In this document: piece after piece, positions 1 to 14,965 of the stretch | How the letters are laid out: the number at the start of each line of letters is the position of its first letter | Numbering within the stretch: the first letter of the stretch is position 1 | DNA from: Octopus vulgaris | Lineage: Eukaryota | Direction of reading: 5' to 3' | NCBI GenBank assembly: GCA_951406725.2 | Contig: OX597815.1 | Span: 117,552,001 to 117,616,000, forward strand | DNA: 64,000 nucleotides | Translations under genes and position numbers: made by a program | The notes under the pieces: model-generated | The model's database searches: none | What the model was told of the DNA's origin: nothing | The model's input: only the letters and a program-made list of their open reading frames with translations

Positions 1-110
1 TAATAGGTAAAGTCGAGCTGAGCGGAATTTGAACTCAGAACGTTAAGACGAACGAAACGCCGCTAAGTATTTTGCCCGACATGCTAACAATTCTGACAGC
101 TCACCTCCTT
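1..110 (-). mobile_element. tRNA-derived SINE family A, 5' part
   Basis: Reverse complement reads aaggaggtgagctgtcagaattgttagc...gttctgagttcaaattccgc (A/B boxes). Matches many other copies in the window. Confidence 0.8.
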
Positions 111-769
111 TGTTTATTAATAAATATTGAAAACACTACATTGGACGAAAGAGTATCTAAATTATCTGAAACTACCATATTCAGCTAACATGCTAGAAGC
201 AATAAATTGTGAATGAGCGTGGGAGAAAAACATCGTTGGCCAGTCGGATTACATTTTAGTTACAGGGTCTAGGTTTCCTGTGTAACTATCACATTTGTTG
301 ATATTTCAAATGTTACGTAAAAGGAAAAAAGATAAGCAGGTAAACAAATATATTTTACTCTAAACTAAGGAGATTATATCAATTACTCGCGTTTATAGAC
401 ATTCTTACATTTCAAATTGTTTCCAGCGTATTTTTTAGAAATTCTACTGTCAGAGAAGGAATGATGTAATTACTTATAGAATGTAAATAACTCTAGTTAA
501 GGAAATGGAATTGCAGGGAATACAGAAGTATGTTTATCAGTATGAAGAATATAAACATTTTCAATCGGTCTACACTGTTGGTGCAGGATTAAGTATAGCT
601 TTTTGTTGGTTCGTTTAGAGTTATTTTTCTTATATTGACTGGCAACATGTTACATTCAAATTTCACACTTGGGAAAACTTGGTTCTGTGATCTTAATGAC
701 TTTCATTTAATATTCCAGAACAGGAAATGATCATCAAAGCTTTCCACTTATCCGTACGTCTAGCCATTT

Positions 770-1085
770 CCTCCGCCCACTAATCCTATGAGGATCGTGG
801 TGGCAGAGTCCTCAGGTACCTCCGCGATAAGTTCCTTTCGGAAGCAACTGTCATTACACTTTCTGGATGGATTATCAAGCGTAACCTATAGAGGCCATGA
901 ATATCATCCAGCCATTTCGTTCTTGACTTACTTTTCGGTTTCCTGCTCATTGGTTCGACTTGAAGAATCCATCGTGCGATTCTTTCTGGCGACATTCTAA
1001 TCATATGTCTGTAGTACTGGAGCTGTGACTTCTCAATACGGAGAAGCTGCAGTTCGACCTGGAGCGACTCTCTGCCGCGCAACGT
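770..1085 (-). pseudogene. RTE-type LINE ORF 3' end remnant
   Basis: LRIEKSQLQYYRHMIRMSPERIARWILQVEPMSRKPKSKSRTKWLDDI is a decayed form of the RTE C-terminal RL.WFGH..RM...R.P.GRPR.RW.D motif. Confidence 0.7.
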
Positions 1086-1786
1086 TACTCCAGAGACCCT
1101 TCAGTGGAACCCATTTTATCATCCAATGAATAAAACCCCTAACTTAGTCAAGGTATGGAAATACTACATCTTTACTTAATTTGGACAACCAGAAGTATTG
1201 ATCTTATGTAAACAATAACAAGTCATAAGCTTCGAGTTATCAATTTACATCTGAGTTTTGGGTGACTTTCGAATTGGTTTACTTCAAGAACACTGACTAC
1301 AAAACGCTTTATCCTTACAGTTTTTCTCACTATATTTTAGAGTTCTGCTCTCTGATGTATATTTATCTTTTTATCAATATTTGCTTCTAATATATTTAGC
1401 CTTTTCGTCTATAAATGTAGATTTACCTCTTTTCCATTCTTTTTATGATTACAAAATCCTTGTTATAACCCTACATTTATTCAATTTTTGTAAATCTCTA
1501 TTGCAAATATTTACAATGGTGTTTATGCTAATTATTTCATTCTCGATAATGAGTTCATTTCTTTATATTAACCATATTTTTTAATATTGTCCTTCTGTCT
1601 TCCTCATGTGAGATGAATTAATATTTCTCACTCCATAAATGTCTTATTTATGTAATTTAAAGTTACGTTTTCATTCCAATGTTTTCTGAATGTAGTTTTA
1701 GAATATTTATTAAATTCCTTGCTTATATTTGGTATTTCTTATAGTTGGTATTTCTTGGCTGTTTGCATATGTGTGTCTGAGTGCAG

Positions 1787-1902
1787 ATACATACATACAT
1801 ACATACATACATACATACATACATACATACATACATACATACATACATACATACATACATACATACACACATACATACGTACGTATGTATGTGTGTATGT
1901 AT
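1787..1902. repeat. (ATAC)n microsatellite
   Basis: Direct reading. Confidence 0.95.
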
Positions 1903-2684
1903 GCAAAAGCACACACAATTTTACTTAAGTTTCAATAAGCCGCTGCAAGAGGAAACAAAAGAATTTCTCTCTGGCTCTCATCGGTTGTCAAGTTTTATGT
2001 CATCAATGAACGAAAACTAACTTATTGATCTGTCACAATAACTGCTGTTGTATTGAATCCATTTTAGTAGGTCACCAACGTTGAACGTTTTGGTATTTAT
2101 TTAATCTTTATTTTGTTGTTATTTTCTTTAGTGATATTATTTTTAATACACACAGAGAGCACTTCTGTGTGTCCGGGTTACTTTGGTTTTGTATTTTTTT
2201 CTGTTAAAAGTACTCAATATAATTTGTGTGTAGTGCCTTTTATTTCTGTTTTCTGTACGTGGTACATTTTGAAAGTTATGAGGTTTTGGCTATGCATCTT
2301 TATAATTGAAAAATTTCTTTTATATCCTTTAGATATGCATTATCACCTAGAGAGGGTCATACTGCGATTAAGAGGTACTTCCTTATTATCTGACACGAGT
2401 GACAGTCTATTCTTAGTATGCGCTTGTAGTTCGGAGAATATTTGGGAAAGGGTACCTAACTTTGGTACTTGGAGTGATCTCAGAACTGAAGAGATCCTTG
2501 ATTGTCCATTATTGGAAGCCTTTTTCTACGAGGGCTATTATCACATATTTGTATGCTGCCGATATTTCTCACTTTACGTCGTCCCTCTTCGTTTTTACTC
2601 ATCTTACGTCTGTGTAGCCTTACACACTTTTAACCAGTTCCCGCTATGTCCCCTTGATGTCAAATAAATTAAATTATCGTCATT

Positions 2685-2885
2685 CATATTGCATCGGACA
2701 AAATAGCTCGAGGTATCTGTACCGGCTCTTAACATTCTGAGCTCAAATCCTACCGAAGTCAATTCTGCGTTTCATTGTCGTGGGGTCGATAAAATAAAGT
2801 ACCTGTCTTGGGGGTCAATGTAATCGGCTGATACTCTGTTCCAAAAATTCTTGGATTTCTGCCTGAATCAGAAACCATTATTATT
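2685..2885 (+). mobile_element. SINE family A, degenerate
   Basis: ttctgagctcaaatcctaccgaagtcaattctgcgtttcattgtcgtggggtcgataaaataaagtacc. Confidence 0.7.
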
Positions 2886-3414
2886 ATAGAGACGGACCTC
2901 TTATCACAGAGCTGCAGTCTTGGGTCGAGCAAAGACAAGGCACTTCGCATCTGGAATGTCATCAAGAGCACATAGCCCCCTGCCACTCGGGAAATGCAAT
3001 AGTTAGAAGTTTCACATTTGTGTTCTATAGAAAACTGGTGGTAGACAGAAACAATAACTTCCTCCGGGAAAATTACGGCGTCGATGAAAACCAATTGGCT
3101 AGTCCGTTCTGAAGGACTTTCGAGCCGGGGCCCATGGATTATTATCAGAAATTCCTGGCTTGGAATTGTTACTGAGAGTGGGATGGGGTGCACTGCCGGT
3201 TGGGAATAGGCTCCAAAGACACGGAAGTGCTGTGCTGAAGTCGATTTTACCTTCCATTGTTCCAGCCAGAATGAGGACGTTGAAAAAAATAAAGTAACAT
3301 TCAAATACTGCTACCGACCTAGTTGACTGCAGCCCAGCCTTAAAATGGGTGACGTTGTCCTTGTTTGATTTAGAAATCAACATTATTATTAATAGCAATA
3401 AGAGCTGCAGATGC

Positions 3415-3502
3415 AACACCACCACCACCACCACCACCACCACCACCACCACCACCACCACCACCAGTCATCATCATCATCATCATCACCACCACCACAA
3501 CT

Positions 3503-3539
<37 letters not shown>

Positions 3540-3550
3540 TCACCACCACC

Positions 3551-3584
<34 letters not shown>

Positions 3585-3585
3585 T

Positions 3586-3617
<32 letters not shown>

Positions 3618-3742
3618 TCATCATTATCATCACCACCACCACCACCACTACCACCATCATCCTCGTTCGTCGTCGTCGTCATAATCAACATTATCAACAT
3701 CATCACCATCATCACCAACGGCGGCGGTGGCAGCAGCAGCAA

Positions 3743-3792
<50 letters not shown>

Positions 3793-3805
3793 GCAGCAGC
3801 AACAG

Positions 3806-3837
<32 letters not shown>

Positions 3838-3961
3838 GTAATAGTAGCAGCAGCAAAAGCAGCAGCAAAAGTAGCAACAGCACCACCAGTACCACCACCA
3901 CAATCATCATCACCTTCGCCGTCGTTGTGGTCGTCGTCATCATCATCACCTCCACCACCAA

Positions 3962-3994
<33 letters not shown>

Positions 3995-4375
3995 AGCAGC
4001 TACCACTACCACGATCATCATCACCACCACCATCGCTACCACTGCCACCACTACTACCACTATCATCATCATCAACATCATCATCATCATCATCACCCTC
4101 ACCCTCATCATCGTCATCGTCATCGTCATCATCATCATCATCATCATCATCATCGTCATCATCATCATCTTCATCATCATCATCATCATCGTCATCATCA
4201 TTATCATTATCATCATCATCGTCATCGTCATCGTCATCGTTATTACCACCGTCGTCCTCATCGTCGCCATCGTCGTCGTTATCACCATCATCACCATCGG
4301 CGGCGGTGGCAGCAGCAGCAGCAGCAGCAGCAGAAGAAATGGCAATAGCAGTAGCAGCAATCGTTATAGAAGTAG
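3415..4375. repeat. Mosaic trinucleotide tract (CAC/CAT/CAG/CAA/CGT)
   Basis: In-phase CAN-type triplets over ~1 kb. Homopolymer ORFs are open in several frames on both strands. Confidence 0.9.
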
Positions 4376-4419
4376 TTGTTATTGATGTTTCTAGCGACAA
4401 TTACATTAGACAAGTCGCA

Positions 4420-4479
<60 letters not shown>

Positions 4480-5721
4480 AATATGGCTGGAGTGACTAGG
4501 CCAAGCGTCAGCTGTCGTTGGATCACTGCTAGATTAACAAATGCAACATGTGTCTGTCGACACAGGCTGGAGAACAGAACGTACAGTATACACACACACG
4601 CACACACACACACATGCACACACACACACATACACACACATACACACACACATACACACACATACACACACATACACACATACACACACACATACACACA
4701 CACACAAACACACACACACATACACACGCACACACACTAACACAACATATACATACACACACATGCAGACACGGGCATGCTTGCATGTGCAGTTGTGAAA
4801 ACTGCACAACGACTCAAACAAATAGACACACAAACACATACAAAAAAACCCCCACAGATATGCGCGCGCAAGCGCAAACTCACACTCACACACATTTACA
4901 TATACACACAAACACATACACACACACGCATACGCACACGCGCGCCTGCGCACACACACACACGCACACACTCAACCACACTAATACATACACACACGCG
5001 CACACAAACAAATACACACACGCACGCACGCATACACACACATATACACACATGCACAAACACACACCACATACGCACGCAAACATATACACTAGCACAA
5101 TTTAGTCTGGATGAACAAAATAGCCAACAGATGCAGACATATTACGAGCTCAATCTATCGTAAACACACACACACACACATTTATAGACGTACAAATACA
5201 CAAAACACACATATATAAATAGACATACATGAGCATAAATCATTACTCATGCTTCTATACATACATATATACGCAAACACACACGTATACGCTTACATGC
5301 ACACACATATGCATAAATGCTTTCTCATATATAAACACATACAAACATACGTATATTATATATATATATATAAGAGATAATGGTGTCATTGAGACCCAAA
5401 GGTGTCAGGTAATGCTGAATAAGTGCTATACACAGACCATAGTTACGTTCTAGATTCGGTAATATTGCGAATAAAGGGTTCAACGTTGGTTCTATGTCAG
5501 CGAGTGTATATGAGAATTTTTTGTGTAATAAGATAAAAAAAACCAAGGCCGTATAGATATTAGAGCATTTATAGATAGAAAAATCTTACAGCTGTGTCTA
5601 GGATATTAATTAATAAATAATAATATCCCTTCATCAGGGACGGTGTGAGAGGAAAAATTAAGTCATAGTTAGTTTCGATGTGATACAAAATAGAGAGTGA
5701 GGTAGAGGAAAGAAAATAGAT

Positions 5722-5767
<46 letters not shown>

Positions 5768-6548
5768 TATATATATGTATGTGTGTGTGTGTACAGAGAC
5801 AAATACTTATTCCTTAATGCATCAACATGCATACGAAGACACGTAGATGCACATCTAACTGTTGCATCAGTACACACACACATGCATGCACACATTCATG
5901 CATCCACAAACAGGCATCCACACAGACATGAACAAATATTCACTTATGTATCTACAATTATATACACAGACACCTAATAAATACATACTAATGCAGCTGC
6001 ACACACGCATGCACGCATTCACTCGCACACATACACACACATGCACGCAAATATGCATTTAGTCATGCTTTTACACATACATAGACACAAATGTATTCTG
6101 ATCCATCTACTCATTTACATATGCACAAATGTACACCCAGCGGTGCATTTATTCACACATATGCACATGGCCAAATATATACTGATGCATTTGCATACCT
6201 ACCTACCTACCTGCCTACCTACCTACCTACCTACCAACCTATCTACCACATTCCTACCTACCTACCTACCTACCACCTTCCTACCTACCTATTTACCTAC
6301 ATACATGCATAAACATATGCACACGTGCATGCATTTGTATTCACTGATGCAGCTAGACATCTATACGTAAATGCACACAAATACAAAGAAATGCTTCAAT
6401 ATGCACGCACGCAAATATGCATTCATTAATACATCCGTATTCATATACGCAGACACACACATGCATACTGATACATCTACATACATACATACATACATAC
6501 ATACATACATACATACATACAAACATACATACATACAAACATACATAT

Positions 6549-6579
<31 letters not shown>

Positions 6580-6975
6580 CATACATACATACATACATAT
6601 ATACATACATACATACAAACATATATACATACATACATGAATACATACATACATACATACATAGACATACGTAAATACGTATTCATTGATGCATCTATAT
6701 ACATATACGCAAATACATATTTACATACAGTTGCATTATGATATATCTACACGTATAGACACACAGTGGATGTTATCTACACGCTTATACGCCGACACAA
6801 ATACACACACACACACACACAAACACAAACATACATACACACTGATGAATCCTCACACGCACTCACTGTTGCATAAACACGCATATGCTCAGAGTCACGT
6901 ATACACAAACAAGCATACACTCCCCAATGCGTCTACACACATATACGCACTTACGAATAACATAGCATACATATA
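4420..6975. repeat. (GT)n, degenerate (CA)/(CATA)n and (CCTA)n low-complexity region
   Basis: Alternating purine-pyrimidine cryptic repeats with short unique interruptions. Confidence 0.9.
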
Positions 6976-7716
6976 GAATAGATGCGTGCATATGTTGTAA
7001 TGAGTCAGTCTGTGGCCAGTTGTGAAAATGTAGTTGAACGTGACAGTTAGTCAGCATACAGTGAGCATTACTAGATTATTCCTGATGGGAACGACACGTC
7101 TAAAATGTATATACAATAACGTCCTTTAATGGGTATAACAACCACTGCTATGTCAAACTTTTTATGCTTGTCAACAACAAAAGTCTGTCAATGTTTCTAC
7201 GCAATATTAAATGTATATAGAAATGAACATAGAAATATTTTGGCCTTGAGGTGTTGACTAGTTCCATTCTAGTAGTCTTTAAGAGGTTCCAAATCACTCA
7301 AAGCATTTCATTATACTTCATTTTCTATACAACACGCTAATTAAATTAATGTTAATATATTTAATTACCATATTTAATATAGTAAGCACCAAATATTTAA
7401 CTTGTAATAATTATGTAGTAAAAGAAAAAAAGACGTTGGTGCAATGACTCGTAATATTGCTTCAATCGTTTAAGCAAGTGCTTGAGGCAACTCTGGCCAT
7501 GTTTCAGACTTGTGATACTTCCTCAGCGAAGTATAGATTTCACTGTACTTGCCGATATAGTGATGTCTTTTCCTTACAATAAATGTCGTTTAAATTAATT
7601 TCCTGGTTTTACTAAATTAAACATGTCAATACTGGCTTAACTGTTTCCTCTGGCAGTTGGCATCTCTGAATTATTAACTTCAGATATCTATATTTAATTT
7701 CACTTAAACGCTCACA

Positions 7717-7930
<214 letters not shown>

Positions 7931-8260
7931 CAAACGTGTACTCGATGTTAAGTTCAACCCGACTATTAACCGTATGGTTAATCTGTAAATTTAAATAGAC
8001 TGTCTTCCATTTAGTAGCACCTAACATTATCAAGATAAATGCAATTGGCCCACATTGTAAATCACAAAAACCTTAGTCCCCCACTCCGGAAGCACTGCAC
8101 ATGTTCAACCATTATGTAGAGAAAGGAGATAGTTTGTAAGGAAATATTTTCAGTGCTTAATTTTAAGTGTTAAGTTTCACAGTGGAGATCCCGAAGATTT
8201 TCACTGAAATTAGCTGAATAAAATATTTGGAAGATTTTAGTTTGAATAATTTGTTTGCAG

Positions 8261-8554
8261 TGGAGGCACATGGCCTACTGGTTAGAGCAGCGGACTCGCG
8301 GTCGAGGGATAGTGGGTTCGAATCTCAGACCGGGCAATGTGTGTGTTTATGAGCGAAACACCTAAGCTCCACGCGGCTCCGGCAGAAGGTAATGGCGAAC
8401 TTCTGCTGACTCTTTCGCCACAAATTTCTCTCACTCTTTCCTCCTACATCTTGTAGCTCACATGCGACGAACCGGCGTCCCGTCCAGGCGGGGAACCTAT
8501 ACGCTAAGGAAACCGGGAAACCGGCCCTAAGTCGTGGCTCGAGAAGGAACAAAC
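8261..8554 (+). mobile_element. tRNA-derived SINE family B, full length
   Basis: A box tggcctactgg, B box gggttcgaatc. A second copy lies inverted at 19125-19356. Confidence 0.85.
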
Positions 8555-10233
8555 AATTTGTATGCAAACAAGAAACTGTCTCTTTCTACATACCCAAAAT
8601 GTTGATTCGCGGAGTTATTATTTTAAGCTTCTCAGTTGTGCATAAACTGTAATTACTTCATTGACCGTTAAATAATTTTCTTTTTCAAGCTATACTCTAT
8701 TTAACTGAACGACAACTTACACTTTTGTATTTTGAGTACTAAATGTATTTCAATAGCTGCTTTTGCTCCTACAGATAAACGAATAAATATGTTGTATGTA
8801 TCGGGTCTTGAATGAGATTTTAATTATCCTGATATATGGTCCGTGTGATGAATAGACTTTTACATTGGCTCTATACACCAGTCCCATTAACAGGATTTTC
8901 TCGTTCAGGTAGCAGTCAATTATTTTCTTTAGTAACATTGACGTTAGAATGATTTTACAGTATTTTTAGATTTTTGTTGTGATTGGAAATGTTTTACTCT
9001 ATATTGTCAAAACAGGTATATCCTAACAAGTAATATTCGTAGCCACTTTAGCATGGCTGTCCGTTCGAGCAGATTCTACTGCGATTTTAACAAAACAGTT
9101 AAGCCAGTACCAGTATTTACATATTTAACTCCAAGAGGACATCTCTAGCTGATTAACAATGCACAACTGCATCCAATATATCATACTTTAAAGGAATTAC
9201 AGCAAAATACTGTATGGTATGTATGTAGGAAAGGAAGTATGAATATATCGAGACACGATTCTAACAATCCTTCACCTCTTCTCGAGTATAACATAAAGAC
9301 ACGTGGTTCTCAGAATCGCTATAGTAGAACATCAAAGTGGTTATGTCCCTCTACGTTCTAAGTTCATTTGCCTTTCAACCTCTCGAGCTCGATTATATGG
9401 GCACCACCCTATAAATACTACTAGACTGTGAGCAATTTCATTGTTAAACTCTACCTATTACGACTGAAACAAATAAAAAAATGAGAGAATCAGGAGAAGA
9501 TGCATGGTTGTATTAATTGTATGTAGGAAAAGGAAGTAGAAAAAAAAAAAAAAAAGAAAAGCATTGGCCTGAAAAAATCTGTTGTTGTTTAACTCCAGGT
9601 CAGACTTTGATATAAGGGCTAAGACGTTGAAGCCATAACTAATGACATTATACCACCCCCGATCCTCTCTTCTTCCACTCTTCTTTTCTCACCATTTCAG
9701 GGTTTATATTATCTACAACGACCAGTCGTTTTATCGACTCCCTCCAATACACCTCTGTGAACGTATTTTTTCCAGCAGTTGTCAATCAACAACAGCATCA
9801 GTCTCACCGGTCTCGGAGGGTCTGTAAGAGGCATGGATGTTGCTCATTTCTTTCAGTCCAAACTAACGAAGAAGAGTGTACCTAGGATTGCATCGTCTAA
9901 AGTGTCCACTTATTTTCAAGTTACTTGTTAACACAGTGAAACACTGTATCGACTTATGAAAACGTTTAATATACTTTACAGTATATTATGGTTGCATAAC
10001 GAAATTTTGCGCCCCTACAAGTCATTAATCTAATTTTCAAGGCCGTATGTGGGATAGGAGGGAGATATGACAGCCATTTCTTATAGGTCGAGTGGCTATG
10101 TAGAAGCTCTTTGTCTGGACAAGAAACAGAAGTGTTCTTTTAGCAGATATGAATCACTAATTGACGCATTACACTAATTGCTTCATTCATTTGCGTTATT
10201 TCCGTTTTTGTATATTGATATATGAATATGTAA

Positions 10234-10234
10234 C

Positions 10235-10303
<69 letters not shown>

Positions 10304-10340
10304 TTAATAATAATAATATTAATAATAATAATAATAATAG
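10234..10340. repeat. (TAA)n microsatellite
   Basis: Direct reading. Confidence 0.95.
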
Positions 10341-10637
10341 CAATGATAGCAATAATAGCGACAACAATAAACATAGCAATAACGTTCTCGTGATCCATTC
10401 TGTTGCAAAGTAAATAATGCATTTGTTATTGCTGTCACATAAAACACATCAATAGCCAAAGCAAAGAGAGAACTTCTACGTGTTCATGAACCTGCTAGAA
10501 AGAGTAGCCAAATCTCCCGAAGTAAAGGAGGTTTTGTGAAATGTCGTGTAAGTTCAATTGCCGCATGAAGTATATGACCAAATGAAATGGTGCACAAATA
10601 TTATTATTACTGCTGCTATTGTTGTGGTTGTTATATG

Positions 10638-10956
10638 AGGGCGCGTGGCTTAGTGGTTAGGGTATTCGGCTCACAATCGTAAGGTGATGAGTTCAATTTC
10701 CAGCGACGCGTTGTGTCCTTGAGCAAGACACTTTATTTCACGTTACACCAGTCCACTCAGCTGGCAAAAATGAGTTGTACCTTTATTCCAAAGGGCCAGG
10801 CTTGTCGTATTCTGTGTCACGCTGAATCTCCCTGAGAATTACGTTAAGGGTACACGTGTCTGTGGAGTGCTCAGCCAGTTGCACGTTAATTTCATGAGCA
10901 AGCTGTTCCTTGATCGTATCAACTGGGACCCTCATCGTCGTAACCGACAGAGCGCT
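10638..10956 (+). mobile_element. tRNA-derived SINE family C
   Basis: tggcttagtgg A box, gagttcaatt B box, CORE-like gtgtccttgagcaagacactt. Related copies at 21719-21860 (+), 25597-25832 (+), 28497-28715 (-). Confidence 0.85.
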
Positions 10957-10974
10957 TCTTGTTATTATTGTTAT

Positions 10975-11545
10975 TATTTCTCTTTATCACAGGTTTTGTT
11001 GGAGCTCCTGGAGTCTTGCATGCGTAGCGGGCTTGCTACCTGCAGCCTACAGCACCATGCTACCCATTCTTTTCAGCTATCTAATACTTCCCTGATTATT
11101 CTGACCGTGTCAAGGAGGCAAACCTTTTGTAACAGTTCTACTGGGCACTCTATTCCAATTTCCTGTATATTCCCCTTAATGCCTTCTGATACTGTTCCCA
11201 AGGACCCAACAATAATTGGCATTATTTTCACCCTCATTTTCTATAGCCGGGCTATTTCGTACTTAAGAGGGTTGTATATATATATATCTATCTTTTCGCC
11301 TTCCTTCTTGACTATTCGTGAGTCAAAGGGGCATGTAACATCAACTATATAGTATATGTGGTGCACTTTGTCCACCACTACTAGCTCCGGTCTGTTATAG
11401 TCTAGCAGCTGATCTATTTGGATTGGAAAATCCCAGAGGATTTTGCTAGTCTCCGACTTCACCAGACTCTGTAGTTTGTGCTCATACCACATCTTGCCTC
11501 TCTCTAACCTCCACTTTTCTCAGTTTCCAATGTAGTCCATCTACT
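10975..11545 (-). pseudogene. R4/Dong-type non-LTR retrotransposon 3' end (restriction-like endonuclease)
   Basis: WYEHK...KILWDFPIQIDQLLDYNRPELVVVDK...IVDVTCPFD...KEGEKI...LKYEIARL*...PIIVGSLG...LQKVCLLDTVRIIREVL. The 3' end abuts a TAA-like run. Confidence 0.85.
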
Positions 11546-12420
11546 TTAGCTCCTCCTCTGTTCACTTCAGGATTCCAGTGCCATACCGAACTGTTGCGAC
11601 TGCGCGCGAGTTTATTGCCGAAATTAGCCCATCTTTTTTTCACCAAGACAAACATGTCCATGATAACACTTCCGATCAGTTAAGAACAGAAGCCATGAGA
11701 GCCAGTACTGCATCAGGGCATTGTGGTATTGAGCAGAATAGTTGCTGTAGCCCATCTTTTTATACCACGATAAAACATGTACATAGCACTTCCAATCAGA
11801 TAAGATCAGTGTCTGGGACTGCATCAAGGCATATTTTATCACCACCACCACCACCACCCGTGGCCGAGCCCTTGACAGGTGTTACTGTTCTCTGTCAAAG
11901 TACAGCTGGGAGCAATAGTAGCTAAGATGTGGTTCCAAATTTCTCAAAACCCATGAATTGCCGAACCAGAATTTCACTACCAGATACGGTTTAGAATCAT
12001 ACCTTGATTTAAAACCTGAAGTTGCATGAGATTACTATTTATCTCACTTCAGCCTGTTACTAGGTACTAATCTCGGAAACTCAGAGAGTGGTATTCGTTT
12101 TGTATCAGCTTTTAACACTATAATCCAATGATGTGTAGATGTCTCTTTACGGTGATCTCGTTTGTCATTTCATGTATGAAAGTCCCATGACGATGGAAGA
12201 ATAGTAGCATGTGCGGGCCTCACCATTTGGAAGTACACAGTATGTTATAACTTTTATCTGTCACCTATACTTCAAATCATGCAGGTCTGCAGCTGGACTC
12301 AATAGTTATCTGAGAATCACTTTGAGGGATCATGGACGGAAAGTCATAAATGCATTTGACAACGAGGAAGTACAAGAAGATGGCAAGAATCTGTGAAGAG
12401 AGAGAGAGAGAGCAATTACC

Positions 12421-12453
<33 letters not shown>

Positions 12454-12567
12454 TGTATGTATGTATGTATGTATGTATGTATGTATGTATGTATGTATGT
12501 ATGTATGCTTGTATGTACTTTATTGTCACTGTTAGATATTAGCATGTATGTATATATATATATATAT

Positions 12568-12730
12568 AATATGTGACAATTATTCGGTAGCCATGTTAAA
12601 ACTCCGAGTTTCGGCTGTCGGGGTGGAAATCCACGCCGCCATCTCTTCAGTTATCCGGCCATCGAAAAAAATGCAACGAAAATGACCGTTAAACAGAGGA
12701 AAAAAATCGCCAACGGTACACACGCGGTCA
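12568..12730 (-). mobile_element. Short repeat with hammerhead-like motif (same family as 28979-29180)
   Basis: Minus strand: taa CUGAAGA [hairpin] GAAA CUCGGAG UU uua. Shares the aatatgtgaca terminus with the 29-kb palindrome. Confidence 0.65.
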
Positions 12731-12989
12731 CAATCTTTTACTTTTTTACTTGTTTCAGTCATGTGACTGTATGCCATGCTGGAGTACCGCCTTATATATA
12801 TATATATATATATATAGTTATTTAAAATTAAGCATAAATCTTTATCATTGGTTTTCAATTAATCTGAAATTATTATGCACGGATTAACACAACTGCAGCT
12901 AAAGATAATAATGCATTTTTGTACTACACTAAAGAGTATTGACTGATAAAATAAAAAAGAGCAACAGCTATAATATTATATGAAGGAAG

Positions 12990-13459
12990 ATAATAATTAT
13001 GATGATCATGATGTCTGCGATGACGATGGAAATGATTTGATGATAGTGATGATAGTGGTGTTGGTTGTAGTAGCAATAATGTTGAGACGATGACGATGGC
13101 GATGACGACGAAGACGATGATGACGGTAGTAGTGATGATAATGCTGATAATGCTGTTGTTGTTGGTGGTGGTTGTGGTGATGGTGGTGGTGAAGTGTTAA
13201 CGATAATCGAAATGATATAGAGACGACGACGACGACGAAATACAACGGTTGATGATAATGATGATGATGATGATGATGATAATGATGATGATGATGATGT
13301 TGATGATAATGATGATGATGATGATGATAATGATGATGATGATGATGACGATGACGAGGATAGTGATGATGATGATAGTGATGTTGTTGTTGCAGTTGTC
13401 ATTGTCACCCTCGTCGTTATTGTTGTAGGTAATGGTGATTGCATTGGTTGTGGTGGTGG

Positions 13460-13500
<41 letters not shown>
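12990..13500. repeat. Mosaic (GAT/GAC/GGT)n tract
   Basis: Direct reading. Confidence 0.9.
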
Positions 13501-13502
<2 letters not shown>

Positions 13503-14704
13503 AATAAGGCTAAGAATGATTAAACAATCGAATCAACCGTTGTATTTCGTTTATTTTATTTCTAATAAAGTGTTAATGAGTCTGGTATGCTGTACGGAAG
13601 TGGGTCAATCAACTTGACTGTATATAATTAGCACAAATGGCGGACTGTTGCGATCAATAACAGATTTCATGAGCTTTTTTTTTTCTATTTGTTTCTATTT
13701 TTTTTATGTCATTACAATGATAAAGATGAATCATCAGAAAAATTTCGAAATGACATGGAGTGTGATACTTTTCTTTTCTGCAACATATGGAAGTTCATAA
13801 AAAAATGAAAATGGTTTCCAACAGCCTGAAATACGACCTCAACAGAAAAGTATATTATAAACTGCTGAGTTGAAAAAGAGTTTTACTTGAAAATAATTGT
13901 TGGAATATATATATTTAAAAAATACTCTAGTTTTATCCAGTACAGTTCAGTATCTGATGGAAGTTTAACTGAAAGTGGATGTATTGAATGTTCTTTCACT
14001 TTCGATTTAGGTCTATCAACAGTGCAGTTCTATATAGCCAAGGGGAATATCCTTAGCGTCTGAAATGTAAATTACTAATCTCCGGCAGTGTTTAATTTTT
14101 AGACTAAAGTTTACTGAGGAATACACCCAAAGGTTTTAGCAGTCGCTAAATTTACCAGGTACACGAAACGGTCGTAAGGGTCTGTCATGATTATTATACA
14201 CCATTAGTGAAAGAAGTGCTAATGGAACTATGCCATTTCATCAGTAATTTTATGCCCTACATTCTAAAGCGACCGTGAAATTGTATTTATAGTTTACTGT
14301 TGTTCCGCTTATAACGAAATCAGGAAGACTGATTTTATATCTTAGACATATTTTCACTTGCTAGTTCTGTTACTAATTAATGTCGTGTCGTCAAGATTTA
14401 CTTCTCAAATAAAAATTACTTTGGGGTATGCCGAGAGATCCTAGACACCACTGTGCATCTAGTAAATTTAATTATATAAAATTAATTAAATTTACTAAAT
14501 ACGTAAAACAGCTATAAAAGTATGTCATGTTTCTTATGCAGCCTCACCTTGGACAAAGAAAGAAGAAACGTTTTTTCTATTTCTGTGTATTGCTATCTTT
14601 TAATGTTTTACTATCGTTTTTTTTTCTCTCGAAGGATCATCTGAGGAAAGCACGTTATATTTATGGCTTGAAGAAACATGTTTAACTCAGTAATATACAT
14701 CGAT

Positions 14705-14920
14705 TTACATTATTTACAATATTTACATTTGACGGATATTTGCCCTCATTTTGTTTGTTGTTAATACAACGTGTCGGCTGATATGCCCTCCAGCTTTCAT
14801 CAGGTGTCTTGGGGGAAATTTCGAACTTGGGTTCGCATTCCTAAGAGCATATGGCATAGTGGTTAAGAGTGCGGGCTACTAAACTCAAGATTGCGAGTTC
14901 GATTCCAAACAGTGACCTGC

Positions 14921-14965
<45 letters not shown>

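Noticed and set aside
2113-3304. 184-aa (+) and 181-aa (-) ORFs as host exons
   Set aside because: No recognisable motif, non-ATG starts, and partial overlap with a SINE.
3389-4740. Long ORFs (323-337 aa) of poly-H/S/I/A
   Set aside because: Open in several frames on both strands only because triplet repeats lack stops. No domain or splice evidence.
8261-8335. tRNA genes at SINE heads (also 10638, 14848, 25597)
   Set aside because: A/B boxes are present but the acceptor stems do not close and each continues into a multi-copy SINE body.
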